DNA of 64,000 nt from Verrucomicrobiota bacterium (GCA_049510745.1 JBEKYR010000016.1:28743-92742), one strand, 5' to 3'. Positions 1-10,253 are shown, counted from the stretch's first letter. Numbers and translations: made by a program. Notes: generated from the sequence alone by a model not told the origin.

Positions 1-2407
1 CCGGATCGAAAGTGCGGGAGGCCAGCGTTTGCAGCGTGGCGGAGTCGTTGGCCGGTGTCTGCCAGTTGGCGTAGAGTTTGGCGCGCGGAAGCGCGCCCGT
101 AAATTCCATCAGCGCATATGCGCCTTTTTCGCCCAGTTCCACCGTCAGATCGCCCTGGTCGGTTGGCTGCGAAATACCCGGTTTGAGGCGGATGTCGAAG
201 AGCGTTTGGATGCGGAAGCCGTGGTGGGAGGGATCGACCCGGTCGTTCAACATGTCCACCGCATTGGCTGTGGCCAGGATGTAGCGGGTGTTGGTCAGTT
301 GCCATAAGCGCATGGCCGGCCACAAGTCGGTGGTACGAATATCAGTGCCTTGCAGCTCGAAGGCCTTGAGGAAAGCCCGGTCCAGGTCGGGCAGGTGGGG
401 CGCCTGGGCGAAGTCGAGGGTTTGGATATTGTGGCAAGGGAAATCATTTTGCAGCCAGAAGAAATACAGTTCGCCGAAGCCCTGGGTGATGCCGCTGCCG
501 GGGCCTCTGGGTTCGAGCTTGCCGATGACGCGGTGCTCGTAGGGCTTGTCCTGGAGAAGGTCCACCACCGGGTTGAGCGAGTACTTCTCGGTGTAATCGT
601 AATACCGGATCCAGGGAGCGTCGGCGCGCGCCAGATCGGCGATCATCAGCACGGCGAGGAAAATCCAAGCCGTCTTGGCGCTGGAACCGGTCCAGGCGCC
701 GCTGAGGATGGCAATCAGCAGGAGAGCCGACAGGGTCAGATAAACGATAAACCAGACGACGGCGCCCAGAGCGAACCCGGCGACTTGCGCCGCCAATGTC
801 GAGGTGAAGTTTTGGTTCTCGAGGTAGGCGATCAGGGCAGTCTTGGAGTTTTGCAGGAGGAACCATCCCACGCCCGCCGCCGCGATGAGCAGGAGGCTGA
901 AGAGCGTCCATTTCTTTTCAAATCCGGAAACCTTGGCCCACCAGAGAGGCAAATGGGTTGGGAGCGCCTCCGTGCGCCTGGCCGGGTTGCGCAAGTAACG
1001 GCGCCAGAGCACCTCCATGCCGTAGGCCGCCAGGATCACCCAGGCAATGTGAAAGGGGTGGAGGAATTTGATCGGGTTGCGCATGGTGGAGAAATACGGC
1101 AGGTGGTAGAGGAGGCGATAGAGAAAGCCGTATCGCCCCCACGCCGCCAGCAGCGAAAAGAGGGCGACGACGCCCCAAAACCCGACGGCCAGCCGTTCGG
1201 CCTTGGACAAGGGCGAGTTGGCGCGCCAGAGATTGGCCAGGGCAAAGATGGCCAGCAGAGACACCAGAGTGCCCGCGCATTCGCCGCTGCCCGAATAGCG
1301 CCAGAAAGCGCCACTTTTTTTGATTACCGTGACGGTGGCGTCCGTGCGGGTCTGGCGGTCGTCGGCGTTGAGAGCTTTGATCAGTTCCGGCGCGGCCCTC
1401 ATGCCTGTCGCCGTTTCCTGCCGCACCTTGGCATCGGCGCCTTGCAGGAGAGGAATTCTGGGGTCTTGTCCAATCAGGCCCCAATAGGCGCTGGAATGGT
1501 CGCGTTGCGTGATATTCTGGCTGAGGCGATAGCCAAAGAGACCGGGCACAAAAATATCCAGGGTTTCCCATCTGGGCAGGCTCCATTGCGTGGCGGCGTT
1601 CCAGCGCTGTTGTTTGGTGGTGACGTCCTGCTCCATGGCCGCGACGCCTTCGATTTGAGTTTGAACGAGCGATGAGAGGGTGTGGGCGGCACAAAAGCCC
1701 GCGGAAAAGATAACCAAGACTTCCGAGACCATGGCCCGCAAGATTCTCTGACCGGGGGGAGATTCCTCCAGCAAAGCCCGAAACAGGATAAAAACACCGA
1801 GACAAACGCTGAGAATGGCGCCGAGATCGAACCCCTCCATCAAGCCCATGCCAACGGCCAGGCCGGCCAGAACGGCTTTGGCCCAGATTTGTTTAATGGA
1901 TTTGGTCGAGAGGGCTGCCAGGGCCAGAAACGCCATGCCGGCGGCGATATTCCAACTGCCCAAACCCCAGCAGGCCACGGAAAAAAAGTGCATGTTCAGC
2001 CCCGCCGCCACCGCCCCCAGCGCGCAAACCGCGGGGTTGAATTGCAATTGCCGAAAGAAGACCCAGGCGGAGAAGCCGAGGAAGAACAGGGTGAAGGGCG
2101 CGTAGATTGATAAGAATAATTCCGGCGAAAGGACGGTTCGCATCAGTGCGGAAATGGTGGGTGAAGCAGCGGTGGTTTGGCCTCCCAGCCACGCCAGGTT
2201 GGCCCAGCATCCGGCAAACCGTTCCGGCAGGCGATTTTCCTCCGCCTTCAAAAAGCCCAGCGGAGTATCATTGGCAAAAAGAATCTGGTGCGGAGCAAAG
2301 CTGTTATGGAACAAAACGGCCAGGACGATCCCCAGCAATGCGGCCATCGGCCACCACTGGTTTGAGGTTGACCTGGAATTGGCCGGCCCGGCGGGTACTG
2401 CGCGCAT
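1..2407 (-). CDS. YfhO-like multi-pass membrane protein (putative GT-C glycosyltransferase), 3' end runs off the window
   Basis: Manually translated open frame from ATG at 2407 (MRAVPAGP...LFHNSFAPHQILFANDTPLG...) to the window edge. Many TM segments; motifs FVPGLFG, YFSTMRNPIKF, LTNTRYIL, ALPRAKLY resemble the YfhO family. Missing from the ORF track because there is no stop in the window. Confidence 0.7.
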   Translation of the reverse strand, partial: MRAVPAGPANSRSTSNQWWPMAALLGIVLAVLFHNSFAPHQILFANDTPLGFLKAEENRLPERFAGCWANLAWLGGQTTAASPTISALMRTVLSPELFLSIYAPFTLFFLGFSAWVFFRQLQFNPAVCALGAVAAGLNMHFFSVACWGLGSWNIAAGMAFLALAALSTKSIKQIWAKAVLAGLAVGMGLMEGFDLGAILSVCLGVFILFRALLEESPPGQRILRAMVSEVLVIFSAGFCAAHTLSSLVQTQIEGVAAMEQDVTTKQQRWNAATQWSLPRWETLDIFVPGLFGYRLSQNITQRDHSSAYWGLIGQDPRIPLLQGADAKVRQETATGMRAAPELIKALNADDRQTRTDATVTVIKKSGAFWRYSGSGECAGTLVSLLAIFALANLWRANSPLSKAERLAVGFWGVVALFSLLAAWGRYGFLYRLLYHLPYFSTMRNPIKFLHPFHIAWVILAAYGMEVLWRRYLRNPARRTEALPTHLPLWWAKVSGFEKKWTLFSLLLIAAAGVGWFLLQNSKTALIAYLENQNFTSTLAAQVAGFALGAVVWFIVYLTLSALLLIAILSGAWTGSSAKTAWIFLAVLMIADLARADAPWIRYYDYTEKYSLNPVVDLLQDKPYEHRVIGKLEPRGPGSGITQGFGELYFFWLQNDFPCHNIQTLDFAQAPHLPDLDRAFLKAFELQGTDIRTTDLWPAMRLWQLTNTRYILATANAVDMLNDRVDPSHHGFRIQTLFDIRLKPGISQPTDQGDLTVELGEKGAYALMEFTGALPRAKLYANWQTPANDSATLQTLASRTFDP

Positions 2408-2422
2408 AGTGGTTCCGAACCG

Positions 2423-3559
2423 TTAAGTCGCCCTTGGCTTGGAGGCCATCGTTTCCAAATTGGGATGCCCATATCGCAATTCGGCTTCCAGTGAAGCTTC
2501 ACCGGGCGTCCGTGCCACCCCAAACGCCGCCGGGGACCGCCCCGCGCGGCGGTTGGCCCGCTCGATCAAATGCGCCGTATTCGCGCGAATAAACTCAATC
2601 GTGGACGCCTTCAACTCGACCGCTCCCGCGCCGCTGCATCCGTTGTCGCCCATGTCCCTGGCGTCGGTCGCCTTGAGCTTCTGGAACTCCATGTTGCAAG
2701 CCGCTCGTTCGAGCATTAAGCCGGTATGGGGCGCACCCAGCCATTGCAGGATTTCGCCCAAAATTCTCTTTGGGTCGGCCAAAAGCTGGTCATACGAGGC
2801 GAAATAAACCGGCGCCCCATTTTCCGCCGCGTCCAAATAGCCGGAAAGATGCTGAATCCATCCGGGCAGCGCTTCGCGACAGAACGCATTGATTTCGAAT
2901 TGGTCGCCCGCCATCAGGCACTTTTCCATCACCAACTTTTCCCGCAAATGGTGGTGGTAGAGCGACACCAACGCATCTTCAGGCGAGCGGAACAAATAAA
3001 GATGGCGGCAACGCCGAAATGCCGGCTCAGTGCGATAGCGTTTGCCGCAAAACCTTTTCCCCAACTCTGCAAACGAATCGTGGGTCTTGAGCAAGACGCC
3101 GGGCGTGCGGACGGTCTTGTTGCGCGCGGCGACCAGGCTGCGGTAAAAGTCCGCGATAATTTCATCCGGATGAATGTCTAATTTCGTCGTTGTGTCGATT
3201 CCCTGGTTTTGCAGAAACACATCCGAAAGAAGATATCGCGTCCATGTATTTCCCGAGCGGGGGAAGGAGGTGACAAACGTGATCGGCACTCCCTCGGCCA
3301 GCAGGTTCTTTATCTCGCGCGTATTATGCGCCTCAATGAACTTGAGGCGCAACAGCCGGCGCACCGGCGCCATCCCCTCGTTCAGGACACAGGGAATCCA
3401 CCGCATCGTTTTGGGATTGAAGAGCAGCCGGAGAGCCATGCGAAAGCCTTCCCACATGAGCTTCAAAAAACTCGTCGCCGCCGCGGTCTGCGGCCTTGGC
3501 GAATCCTTTCCTTGATCGTTCTGCCTCACATGGAACCATTTCTCTTGAACATTCTCCAA
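2423..3559 (-). CDS. sulfotransferase domain protein
   Basis: 5'-PSB motif VTSFPRSGNTW, KTH, 3'-PB motif RSPEDALVSLYHH, SYDQL. Start codon uncertain. Confidence 0.8.
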   Translation of the reverse strand: MENVQEKWFHVRQNDQGKDSPRPQTAAATSFLKLMWEGFRMALRLLFNPKTMRWIPCVLNEGMAPVRRLLRLKFIEAHNTREIKNLLAEGVPITFVTSFPRSGNTWTRYLLSDVFLQNQGIDTTTKLDIHPDEIIADFYRSLVAARNKTVRTPGVLLKTHDSFAELGKRFCGKRYRTEPAFRRCRHLYLFRSPEDALVSLYHHHLREKLVMEKCLMAGDQFEINAFCREALPGWIQHLSGYLDAAENGAPVYFASYDQLLADPKRILGEILQWLGAPHTGLMLERAACNMEFQKLKATDARDMGDNGCSGAGAVELKASTIEFIRANTAHLIERANRRAGRSPAAFGVARTPGEASLEAELRYGHPNLETMASKPRAT

Positions 3560-3817
3560 GTTCTTGCGAAGGCCTCGAACACATGCCTGCCGGCACCGTT
3601 AAGGGTGCGCCTGCGGCACGGATGTGATGAGTGTCCTCGCACTTTGTGAGGTAATACCTTACAAATCTGGGCGGGGGTGTCAAGGGGTTTTCTTACCTAT
3701 TTCATTGGCCCTGAACAGAAACCGCGTTTTGTGCGTTTTCTCCGGCGGAAGGGGCTGTGGCGGACCCGCCGCGCTGACTTGCTTGTTTGCGCGCCGGTTT
3801 CTGCCTACCTTGGGTGG

Positions 3818-4525
3818 ATGGCGAAACCCGATGCGATTGAGTTGCGGGACGGAACGGTCGTGCCAATCCTCTATGAGGACCGTTCCGTGCTGGCCATCGA
3901 CAAACCGGCGGGGTGGATGCTCGCGCCGGCGGGCTGGGATCGGACCGCCCGGAATTTGCAACGGGCGCTCATGCTGTCCATACAGGCGGGGGAGTATTGG
4001 GCGCGCTCCCGGAACCTTAAATTCGTTCGCTTCATTCATCGGCTCGACGCGGAAACCAGCGGGGTGCTGTTGCTGGGCAGGAGTCTGGGAGCGGTGAGCG
4101 TTCTGAGCCGCCTTTTTGAAGCGCGACGCGTGCGCAAGAAGTATCTGGCCGTGGTGCGCGGCATCCCCAAGGAAACCAAATGGAGCTGCCGGCTGAAGAT
4201 TTCCGCCGAGCCGGATGAAACAGGCCGGATGCGGGTCGATGAAAGGAATGGGAGGGAAGCGGCCACGGAGTTTCTGGTTCTGCGGCAGGGCCGGGACGCG
4301 GCCTTGATCGAAGTGGTGCCCGTGACGGGGCGGACGCATCAAATCCGTGTTCATCTGGCGGCGGCGGGGCATCCGGTGATGGGCGATGGCCTTTATGGAG
4401 GGAAGGGGCCGGAACTGGGGTTGCGCGCGGTGGAACTGGCCTACACCGACCCGTTTCAGAACCGGCCCGTGCGGGTGGCGGCGCCGGCGGAAGAGTTTCT
4501 GCGGCGGTTTCACTTTGCCTCTTGA
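3818..4525 (+). CDS. RluA family pseudouridine synthase
   Basis: ILYED, DKPAG, HRLDAETSGVLL (catalytic Asp), TGRTHQIRVH, GDGLYG. Start set at ATG 3818. Confidence 0.92.
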   Translation: MAKPDAIELRDGTVVPILYEDRSVLAIDKPAGWMLAPAGWDRTARNLQRALMLSIQAGEYWARSRNLKFVRFIHRLDAETSGVLLLGRSLGAVSVLSRLFEARRVRKKYLAVVRGIPKETKWSCRLKISAEPDETGRMRVDERNGREAATEFLVLRQGRDAALIEVVPVTGRTHQIRVHLAAAGHPVMGDGLYGGKGPELGLRAVELAYTDPFQNRPVRVAAPAEEFLRRFHFAS

Positions 4526-4550
4526 ATTGGCGCGACGCTTGTACTACTGT
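4522..4550 (+). promoter_or_regulatory. sigma70-like promoter for bioB, probably leaderless transcript
   Basis: TTGAAT(4522-4527), 17 bp spacer, TACTGT(4545-4550); ATG follows 7 nt later with no Shine-Dalgarno. Confidence 0.4.
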
Positions 4551-4557
4551 GTCAACC

Positions 4558-5595
4558 ATGATTGGAGACTTGGTTGACGCAAACATTCAGACCGAAATAT
4601 CCGGCTTGACGCAGCGCGTCCTGGACGGCGGGGAGATTTCGCGGGAAGAGGCGCTCCGGCTGCTGGACCTGGAAAGCAGGGCGGACATTTTTGACTTGAT
4701 GGCGGGCGCCAACCGGCTGCGGGAGCACTTCAAGGGCAACAAGATTCATCTCTGCTCGATCGTCAACGCCAAGGCGGGCGCCTGCTCGGAGAATTGCAGT
4801 TTTTGCGCCCAATCTTCGCGCTACCAGACCGGCTCGCCCCAGTACGGATTCATCGACCCTGAACCGGTGGTTGATGCCGCCGAAGAGGCCAGCCGCAACG
4901 GCGTGACGGCGCTGGGACTGGTGGCGGCCTGGCGCGGCCTGAACGAAGGGCCGATGCTGGAGGAGGTCTGCGAGCGCATTCGCGAACTGGCGCAGAGCGG
5001 CAAGACGCGGCCGGACGCCTCGTTGGGGATCATTAAGAGCCAGCGGGTGGCGGATCGCTTGAAGGAAGCGGGCCTGGAATGCTACGGGCACAACCTGGAA
5101 AGCTCGAAGCGGTTTTTTCCCAGGCATTGCACGACGCACACTTACGAAGACCGGCTGAAAACGATCTTCCACCTGAAGAATGCGGGCATAAAAATCTGTT
5201 CCGGGGGCATCATCGGGATGGGCGAAACGCGGGAAGACCGCTGCGACCTGGCGTTCGCGCTCAAAGAGATAGGGGCCAACGTGGTGCCGGTGAACATTCT
5301 CAATCCGATCAAAGGCACGCCCTTCGAGAACAACGCGCCGCTGGCGCCCTTGGAGATATTGAAGACGATTTCGTGTTTCCGCTTCATTTTGCCGCGGCAG
5401 GAAATCATGATCGCCGGGGGGCGGACGGTGAATTTGCGCGACGTGCAGAGCCTGGTTTTCGCCGCCGGCGCCAGCGCGTTGATGGTGGGCAATTATCTCA
5501 CGACCCTCAATCAGCCTGTGGAAAAGGACCTGCAAATGCTCAAGGACCTCGGCCTGGACCCGAGTTGGGACCATCACGGGTTTGCGGATCAATAG
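4558..5595 (+). CDS. bioB: biotin synthase
   Basis: Radical SAM motif CSENCSFC, YGHNLES, CSGGIIGMGE, VPVNILNPIKGTP, GNYLTT. Confidence 0.96.
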   Translation: MIGDLVDANIQTEISGLTQRVLDGGEISREEALRLLDLESRADIFDLMAGANRLREHFKGNKIHLCSIVNAKAGACSENCSFCAQSSRYQTGSPQYGFIDPEPVVDAAEEASRNGVTALGLVAAWRGLNEGPMLEEVCERIRELAQSGKTRPDASLGIIKSQRVADRLKEAGLECYGHNLESSKRFFPRHCTTHTYEDRLKTIFHLKNAGIKICSGGIIGMGETREDRCDLAFALKEIGANVVPVNILNPIKGTPFENNAPLAPLEILKTISCFRFILPRQEIMIAGGRTVNLRDVQSLVFAAGASALMVGNYLTTLNQPVEKDLQMLKDLGLDPSWDHHGFADQ

Positions 5596-5611
5596 GCACT
5601 CAATTGCCCTT

Positions 5612-6358
5612 GTGCAGCGTTCAGGCATAAATGTCGGCGGTTACCGGGGCGAGGGCATTGACATCCAAAATGTCCTTCAAGGAGTCGAGCGCGCCATCGC
5701 GGGGAAGAATTGGGTGCGGGACGGAGAATTCCCGGCCTTGCGCCGTCTGACGCCGTCGTCCCGGAAGCGCCTTTATATATCGACGGGCATTCACGGGGAC
5801 GAACCGGCCGGCCCGCTGGCGCTGTTGCAGTTGCTGGAAGAAGACCGCTGGCCCAAGGAGGCGGCCCTGTGGATTTGCCCCTGCCTGAATCCGACGGGTT
5901 TTCCGCTGAATCAGCGGGAGAATGCCCAGGGCATCGACTTGAACCGCGATTACCGGCATTTCCGGTCGGCGGAGGCGCGGGCACACGCGGCCTGGCTGCA
6001 AGAGCAACCGCGCTTCGATCTGGCCCTTTGCCTGCACGAAGATTGGGAGGCGCACGGTTTCTACCTTTACGAATTGAATCCCGACGCGCGCCCGTCCCTT
6101 GCCGAAAAGTTGGTGGAAGCGGTCGCCAAAGTCTGCCCGATCGACCGTTCGCCGGTGATCGAAGGGCGGGAGGCGCGCGACGGCATCATCCGCCCGAAGA
6201 TCAACCTGGCCGAGCGGCCGCAATGGCCGGAAGCATTCTATTTGATCAGCCATAAGACCCGCCTGAGCTACACACTGGAGGCTCCGTCCGATTTCCCATT
6301 AGCCACGCGCGTCGCGGCCCTGGTCACCGCGGTGCGGGCAGTGCTGGAATTGCCATGA
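5612..6358 (+). CDS. M14 family metallopeptidase / succinylglutamate desuccinylase-like protein
   Basis: GIHGDEPAG (HxxE), NPTG, RENAQGIDLNRDY, LHED. GTG start approximate. Confidence 0.82.
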   Translation: MQRSGINVGGYRGEGIDIQNVLQGVERAIAGKNWVRDGEFPALRRLTPSSRKRLYISTGIHGDEPAGPLALLQLLEEDRWPKEAALWICPCLNPTGFPLNQRENAQGIDLNRDYRHFRSAEARAHAAWLQEQPRFDLALCLHEDWEAHGFYLYELNPDARPSLAEKLVEAVAKVCPIDRSPVIEGREARDGIIRPKINLAERPQWPEAFYLISHKTRLSYTLEAPSDFPLATRVAALVTAVRAVLELP

Positions 6359-6362
6359 ATCC

Positions 6363-7109
6363 GTGCCGTTGTTCAAACGAAAGCCGCGCGGGGCTGTCCA
6401 AACGTTGATGAAACAGTTCTTGTCGAAGCAACGCTGGGCGAATTATTGGCGGGAATCCAAATCGCTGGTGCTGACCGTCCTGATCCTGACGGCCGTGCGC
6501 TCGGCCATCGCGGATTGGAATGATGTGCCGTCCGGGTCGATGAACCCGACGATCGTTCAAGGCGACCGCGTGTTTGTCAACAAGCTGGCGTACGATTTGA
6601 AAGTGCCGTTCACCACCTGGCACGTCGCCCAATGGAGCAATCCCAAGCGGGGCGACATCGTGGTGTTTTTTTCGCCCGTGGACGGCACGCGGCTGGTCAA
6701 GCGAGTGGTGGGCGTGCCGGGCGACCGGATCGAACTGGTCAACGACCGGCTGTTCCTCAACGGGCGCGCCGCACAATACGAGCCTTTGTCCGCCAGCGTG
6801 GGACGGGACGTTCCGCCGAGCGTCCACGGGCCGCGTTTTTTCGCGGCGGAGAAGACCGGGGAAAACCCCCGCCACGCGGTGACGGTGTTGCCGCTGGTGG
6901 CGGCGCGGCGGACGTTTGGCCCGGTGACGGTTCCCGGCGGGGAGTATTTCATGATGGGGGACAATCGTGATGACAGTTACGATTCGCGATTTTGGGGAGC
7001 GGTGGAACGCGAGCGCATCGTCGGGCGCGCGTCGCTGGTGGTGCTGTCTTTGGACCGGCAACATTATTACGCCCCGCGCTGGAACCGGTTTTTCACCGGA
7101 TTATTTTAA
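6363..7109 (+). CDS. lepB: signal peptidase I
   Basis: VPSGSMNPT (Ser), GDRVFVNK, LVKRVVGVPGD (Lys), GDNRDDSYDSRFWG. Start could be ATG 6408. Confidence 0.92.
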   Translation: MPLFKRKPRGAVQTLMKQFLSKQRWANYWRESKSLVLTVLILTAVRSAIADWNDVPSGSMNPTIVQGDRVFVNKLAYDLKVPFTTWHVAQWSNPKRGDIVVFFSPVDGTRLVKRVVGVPGDRIELVNDRLFLNGRAAQYEPLSASVGRDVPPSVHGPRFFAAEKTGENPRHAVTVLPLVAARRTFGPVTVPGGEYFMMGDNRDDSYDSRFWGAVERERIVGRASLVVLSLDRQHYYAPRWNRFFTGLF

Positions 7110-8051
7110 TTGACTGGCCAGCCGCCCGCCCAGACCCGCGGCGTCGGAAATGGGGGCGCGGGCGCGGGCGCGCCGGACCTGGGTTTGGAGAAAGGAGACG
7201 GCGCGCAAATCAATTTCCTTGCCGACAATCGTCGCATAGGCGCCGACGGGCGTCTGGCATCCGCCGCCCATGGCGCGGAGGAAGGCCCGCTCGGCTGTGA
7301 CACATTGAAAAGTCGCCTCGTCATTGAGTTCGTAACAAATCCGGGCGAGGCGTTCGTCGTCCGCGCGAATTTCCAGGCCGATCGCCGCCTGCCCGACGCA
7401 CGGCAGCATCTCGTCCGGCTCGAGCATCGCCGCGAGCAAGCCGGGGGGCGCGCCGCCGCCCGTCAATTGGCCCGCGGTTGTGATGCAAAACCCCAAGCGG
7501 CCCAGACCGGCAGCGGCCAGAATGGTGGCGTCCATCTCTGGGTGCCCGGCCAGCTTGCGCAGGCGGGTGCCAACGTTGCCGCGAATTTCCATGATTTTGA
7601 AATCGGGCCGCGAGGCCAGCAGTTGGGCTTTGCGCCGGGTGCTGCTGGTGGCGACGGTCAGACCGGGCGGGAAGCCGGCCAGCGCAAGGCCCGGCGGGAG
7701 GGGGCTTTTATAGATCAGCACGTCGCGGACGTCGGCGCGCTTGCCGGCCACGGCCCCGAGGATCAAGCCCTGCGGCAAATCGGTCGGAAGGTCTTTGAGG
7801 CTGTGGACGGCCAGGTCGGCGCGATGCTTCAACAAGGCGGTTTCCAGTTCCTTGGTGAAAAGGCCCTTCGGCACGGCGGGATCGAGGCGCGTCATGGAGG
7901 CGGCCTGCAATTTGTCGCCGCTGGTTTTGATGATCTTCAACTCGAAGGGCAGGGCGGGAAAGGCGCGGCGGCACTGGGCCAGCACGGCGTTGGATTGAGC
8001 CAGGGCCAGCGGGCTGCCGCGGGTGGCGATGAGGATGGGTTTCTCTTTCAT
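7101..8051 (-). CDS. hemC: hydroxymethylbilane synthase
   Basis: IATRGSPLALAQ, KGLFTKELE, AVHSLKDLP, TSSTRR, RGNVGTRL, GGGCQTPVG. Confidence 0.96.
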   Translation of the reverse strand: MKEKPILIATRGSPLALAQSNAVLAQCRRAFPALPFELKIIKTSGDKLQAASMTRLDPAVPKGLFTKELETALLKHRADLAVHSLKDLPTDLPQGLILGAVAGKRADVRDVLIYKSPLPPGLALAGFPPGLTVATSSTRRKAQLLASRPDFKIMEIRGNVGTRLRKLAGHPEMDATILAAAGLGRLGFCITTAGQLTGGGAPPGLLAAMLEPDEMLPCVGQAAIGLEIRADDERLARICYELNDEATFQCVTAERAFLRAMGGGCQTPVGAYATIVGKEIDLRAVSFLQTQVRRARARAPISDAAGLGGRLASQLK

Positions 8052-9103
8052 GCGCTTGCGGGCAAGTTGGTGTTGACATGCATGCACCCCTCCGGCGAAG
8101 AGAGTTTGAGGGAGCGGGCCTTTTCCCGGATAATGGCCTCGCAGCGGGCGATTTCCTCCTTGCGCTGTTGGAGATAATCGCCGGCGATGGCCTGCAAATC
8201 GTCGATGTTGTAGAGATAGACGTTTTCCAGGAAATTAACCGCCGGGTCGATGTCGCGCGGCACGGCGATGTCAATCAAAAGAATGGGGCGGTTTTTCCGC
8301 AGTTTCATCAGCGGCTCCAGCCGGGGGCGGTCGAGGATGTAATGGGGTGCGGCGGTGCTGCTGATGAGGATGTCGATGCCGGGGAATTCCGCGGCCCAAT
8401 CCTCGAAGCGCACGGCGCGGCCGTCCAAGGCCCGCGCCAGTTCGACGGCGCGCTCGTGGGAGCGATTGGAGACGAGGATGCTGCGGGCGCCCCGGCTGAG
8501 CAAAGCGCGGGCGGTCTTCTCGCTGGTCTCGCCGGCGCCGACGACCATGACGGGATGGTCGCCCAGGGAACTGAAGAGCTTCTGCGCCAACTCAACCGCG
8601 ACCGAGCTGACGGAGACGCTGCCGCGCTGGATGTTGGTTTCGGTGCGGATTTGCTTGGCGACATTAAAGGCCTTTTGAAAAGCCTTGTTGAGCTGGCTGC
8701 CGGTGTGTTTGTGGGCCAGAGCGGTTTCGTAGGCCTTTTTGAGTTGGCCGAGGATTTCCGTTTCGCCCAGCACCATCGAATCGAGGCCGGAGGCGACTTT
8801 GAACAAATGCTCGAGCGTTTGGCGGTCGCTGAAGGAGTAGATTTCCTCTCGGAGCGGTTCCTGGCAATGGTGGTGTTCGAGCAGGAAGCGGCGCAACTCG
8901 GCGGCGGCCTGGCGCTCCGGCAAAGCGGTCGCCGCGTAAATCTCGACGCGATTGCAGGTGGAGAGGATGACCGCTTCGCGGGCCAGGCCGGTGGCGCGCA
9001 GTTTTTGGAGCGCGGCGGGAATCGCCGCTTCGGCGAAGGCAAAGCGTTCCCGGACGGTGACGGGCGAGGAATGGTGGCTCAAGCCGATGACGATCAGGGG
9101 CAT
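8048..9103 (-). CDS. hemA: glutamyl-tRNA reductase (short form)
   Basis: LSTCNRVEIY, GLDSMVLGETEILGQ, GAGE, DIAVPRDI. Confidence 0.95.
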   Translation of the reverse strand: MPLIVIGLSHHSSPVTVRERFAFAEAAIPAALQKLRATGLAREAVILSTCNRVEIYAATALPERQAAAELRRFLLEHHHCQEPLREEIYSFSDRQTLEHLFKVASGLDSMVLGETEILGQLKKAYETALAHKHTGSQLNKAFQKAFNVAKQIRTETNIQRGSVSVSSVAVELAQKLFSSLGDHPVMVVGAGETSEKTARALLSRGARSILVSNRSHERAVELARALDGRAVRFEDWAAEFPGIDILISSTAAPHYILDRPRLEPLMKLRKNRPILLIDIAVPRDIDPAVNFLENVYLYNIDDLQAIAGDYLQQRKEEIARCEAIIREKARSLKLSSPEGCMHVNTNLPASA

Positions 9104-9104
9104 G

Positions 9105-9929
9105 TTAAAACTTGTGGGACGGCGAGAGGAGGTTGACGCCCCAGAAAGTCAGGAGGACAAAGGCAAAGGCGCCCACCGCGCCCCAGGCGAAGCGGCGGCC
9201 GGATTGGGCAAAGCGGCTGTGCAGGACCAGCAGCGCCAGGTAGAGGCACCAGACCAGCCCGGACCAGATCACCTTCGGGTCCGAAGCGGAGCGCAGTTCG
9301 GGCCGCTGGCGGAACAGGAAGGGGATGAAGGCCAGCCCCGCGGTCAACAAGACGAATCCCGCCCACAACAGGCGGCTGGTGATGATTTCCAGGCGGTCGA
9401 TGGGCGGCATAAGGGCAAAAACGGCGCGGAGCTTGTGAAATTTGAGGTCGTGTTCCTGAGTCAAGTACATCACGGCCGCGACCGAGCTCAAGCCGAAGGC
9501 ACCGTAGGAGAGGAGGGTCAGGGCGGCGTGCAGGCTGGTCAGGGCGTTGCCGAACTGCGGTTTGTTCGCGTGAGGGGCGTCCAATCCGGGCATGAGGGCG
9601 AAGACGCCGATGGCAAAGATGACGGGAGCGGCGAAGGCGCCCAGATGGCGCAGGCGCGGCCAGAGACCGAAGACCAGATAGACCGCCACGATGGTCCAAT
9701 CGACAAAGGTCATCGCTTCATAGAGGTTGTTGACGGGGCAGCGGTCAAAAGTCAGTCCGCGCATGAGCATGGCCTTGAGATGCAAAGCGAAGCCGGCCAG
9801 GAGCAGGGCGTAGTTGACATGGTCGTGCTGGCGGAAGCCTTTGCGCCAGAGAAAAACAGAATAGACGGTGCTGAGGCCGTAAAGGGTTACGGCCAGCAAA
9901 AACCAATGTCGATCCGTCAGCCAGGACAC
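9105..9929 (-). CDS. CcsA/HemX-like cytochrome c assembly membrane protein
   Basis: About 8 TM segments, conserved His (SLHAAL), DPK motif; directly upstream of hemA. Confidence 0.8.
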   Translation of the reverse strand: MSWLTDRHWFLLAVTLYGLSTVYSVFLWRKGFRQHDHVNYALLLAGFALHLKAMLMRGLTFDRCPVNNLYEAMTFVDWTIVAVYLVFGLWPRLRHLGAFAAPVIFAIGVFALMPGLDAPHANKPQFGNALTSLHAALTLLSYGAFGLSSVAAVMYLTQEHDLKFHKLRAVFALMPPIDRLEIITSRLLWAGFVLLTAGLAFIPFLFRQRPELRSASDPKVIWSGLVWCLYLALLVLHSRFAQSGRRFAWGAVGAFAFVLLTFWGVNLLSPSHKF

Positions 9930-10049
9930 GTCCCCAAGGTAATGCGGCCCCCTTTGGCCGCAAGGAGGAATTCCGGGGAAAGGATGAAGGAAGAAGGAAG
10001 AAGTGGCCGGGCGAACCTATGGGGGATCGGATACGGTGGATACTGGCAT

Positions 10050-10253
10050 TCAAGGCGGGCGCACGGCGGGTGGTTGCCAGTCGAGATGCCAGTAATAATG
10101 CCACAGGTCTTCGAGTTTCACCAATTCGGCATGGCCATCAGTCATCCCCATGTTGATCGAGCCGGGCATTTTTTGGCCGGCCGGAACATTTTGCGGGGCC
10201 TTGGAAGTGTTGCGGTCGCCATGCCGGGCAATGGTGCAACGCCCCATCTGGTT
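10050..10253 (-). pseudogene. orphan C-terminal fragment of a prepilin-type N-methylation / H-X9-DG domain protein
   Basis: Reads NQMGRCTIARHG...PGSINMGMTDGHAELVKLEDLWHYYWH...PP*, like C-termini of PVC prepilin-type proteins (N-x3-DGH). No N-terminal FTLIELL motif upstream. Confidence 0.55.

Noticed and set aside
350..1675. Long ORF-track entries antisense to real genes (e.g. 350-1675, 23702-25438, 36115-37860, 39625-41265, 45423-47273, 50313-51968, 56076-57572)
   Set aside because: Shadow ORFs typical of high-GC DNA; they lie opposite genes with clear family motifs and show no motifs of their own.
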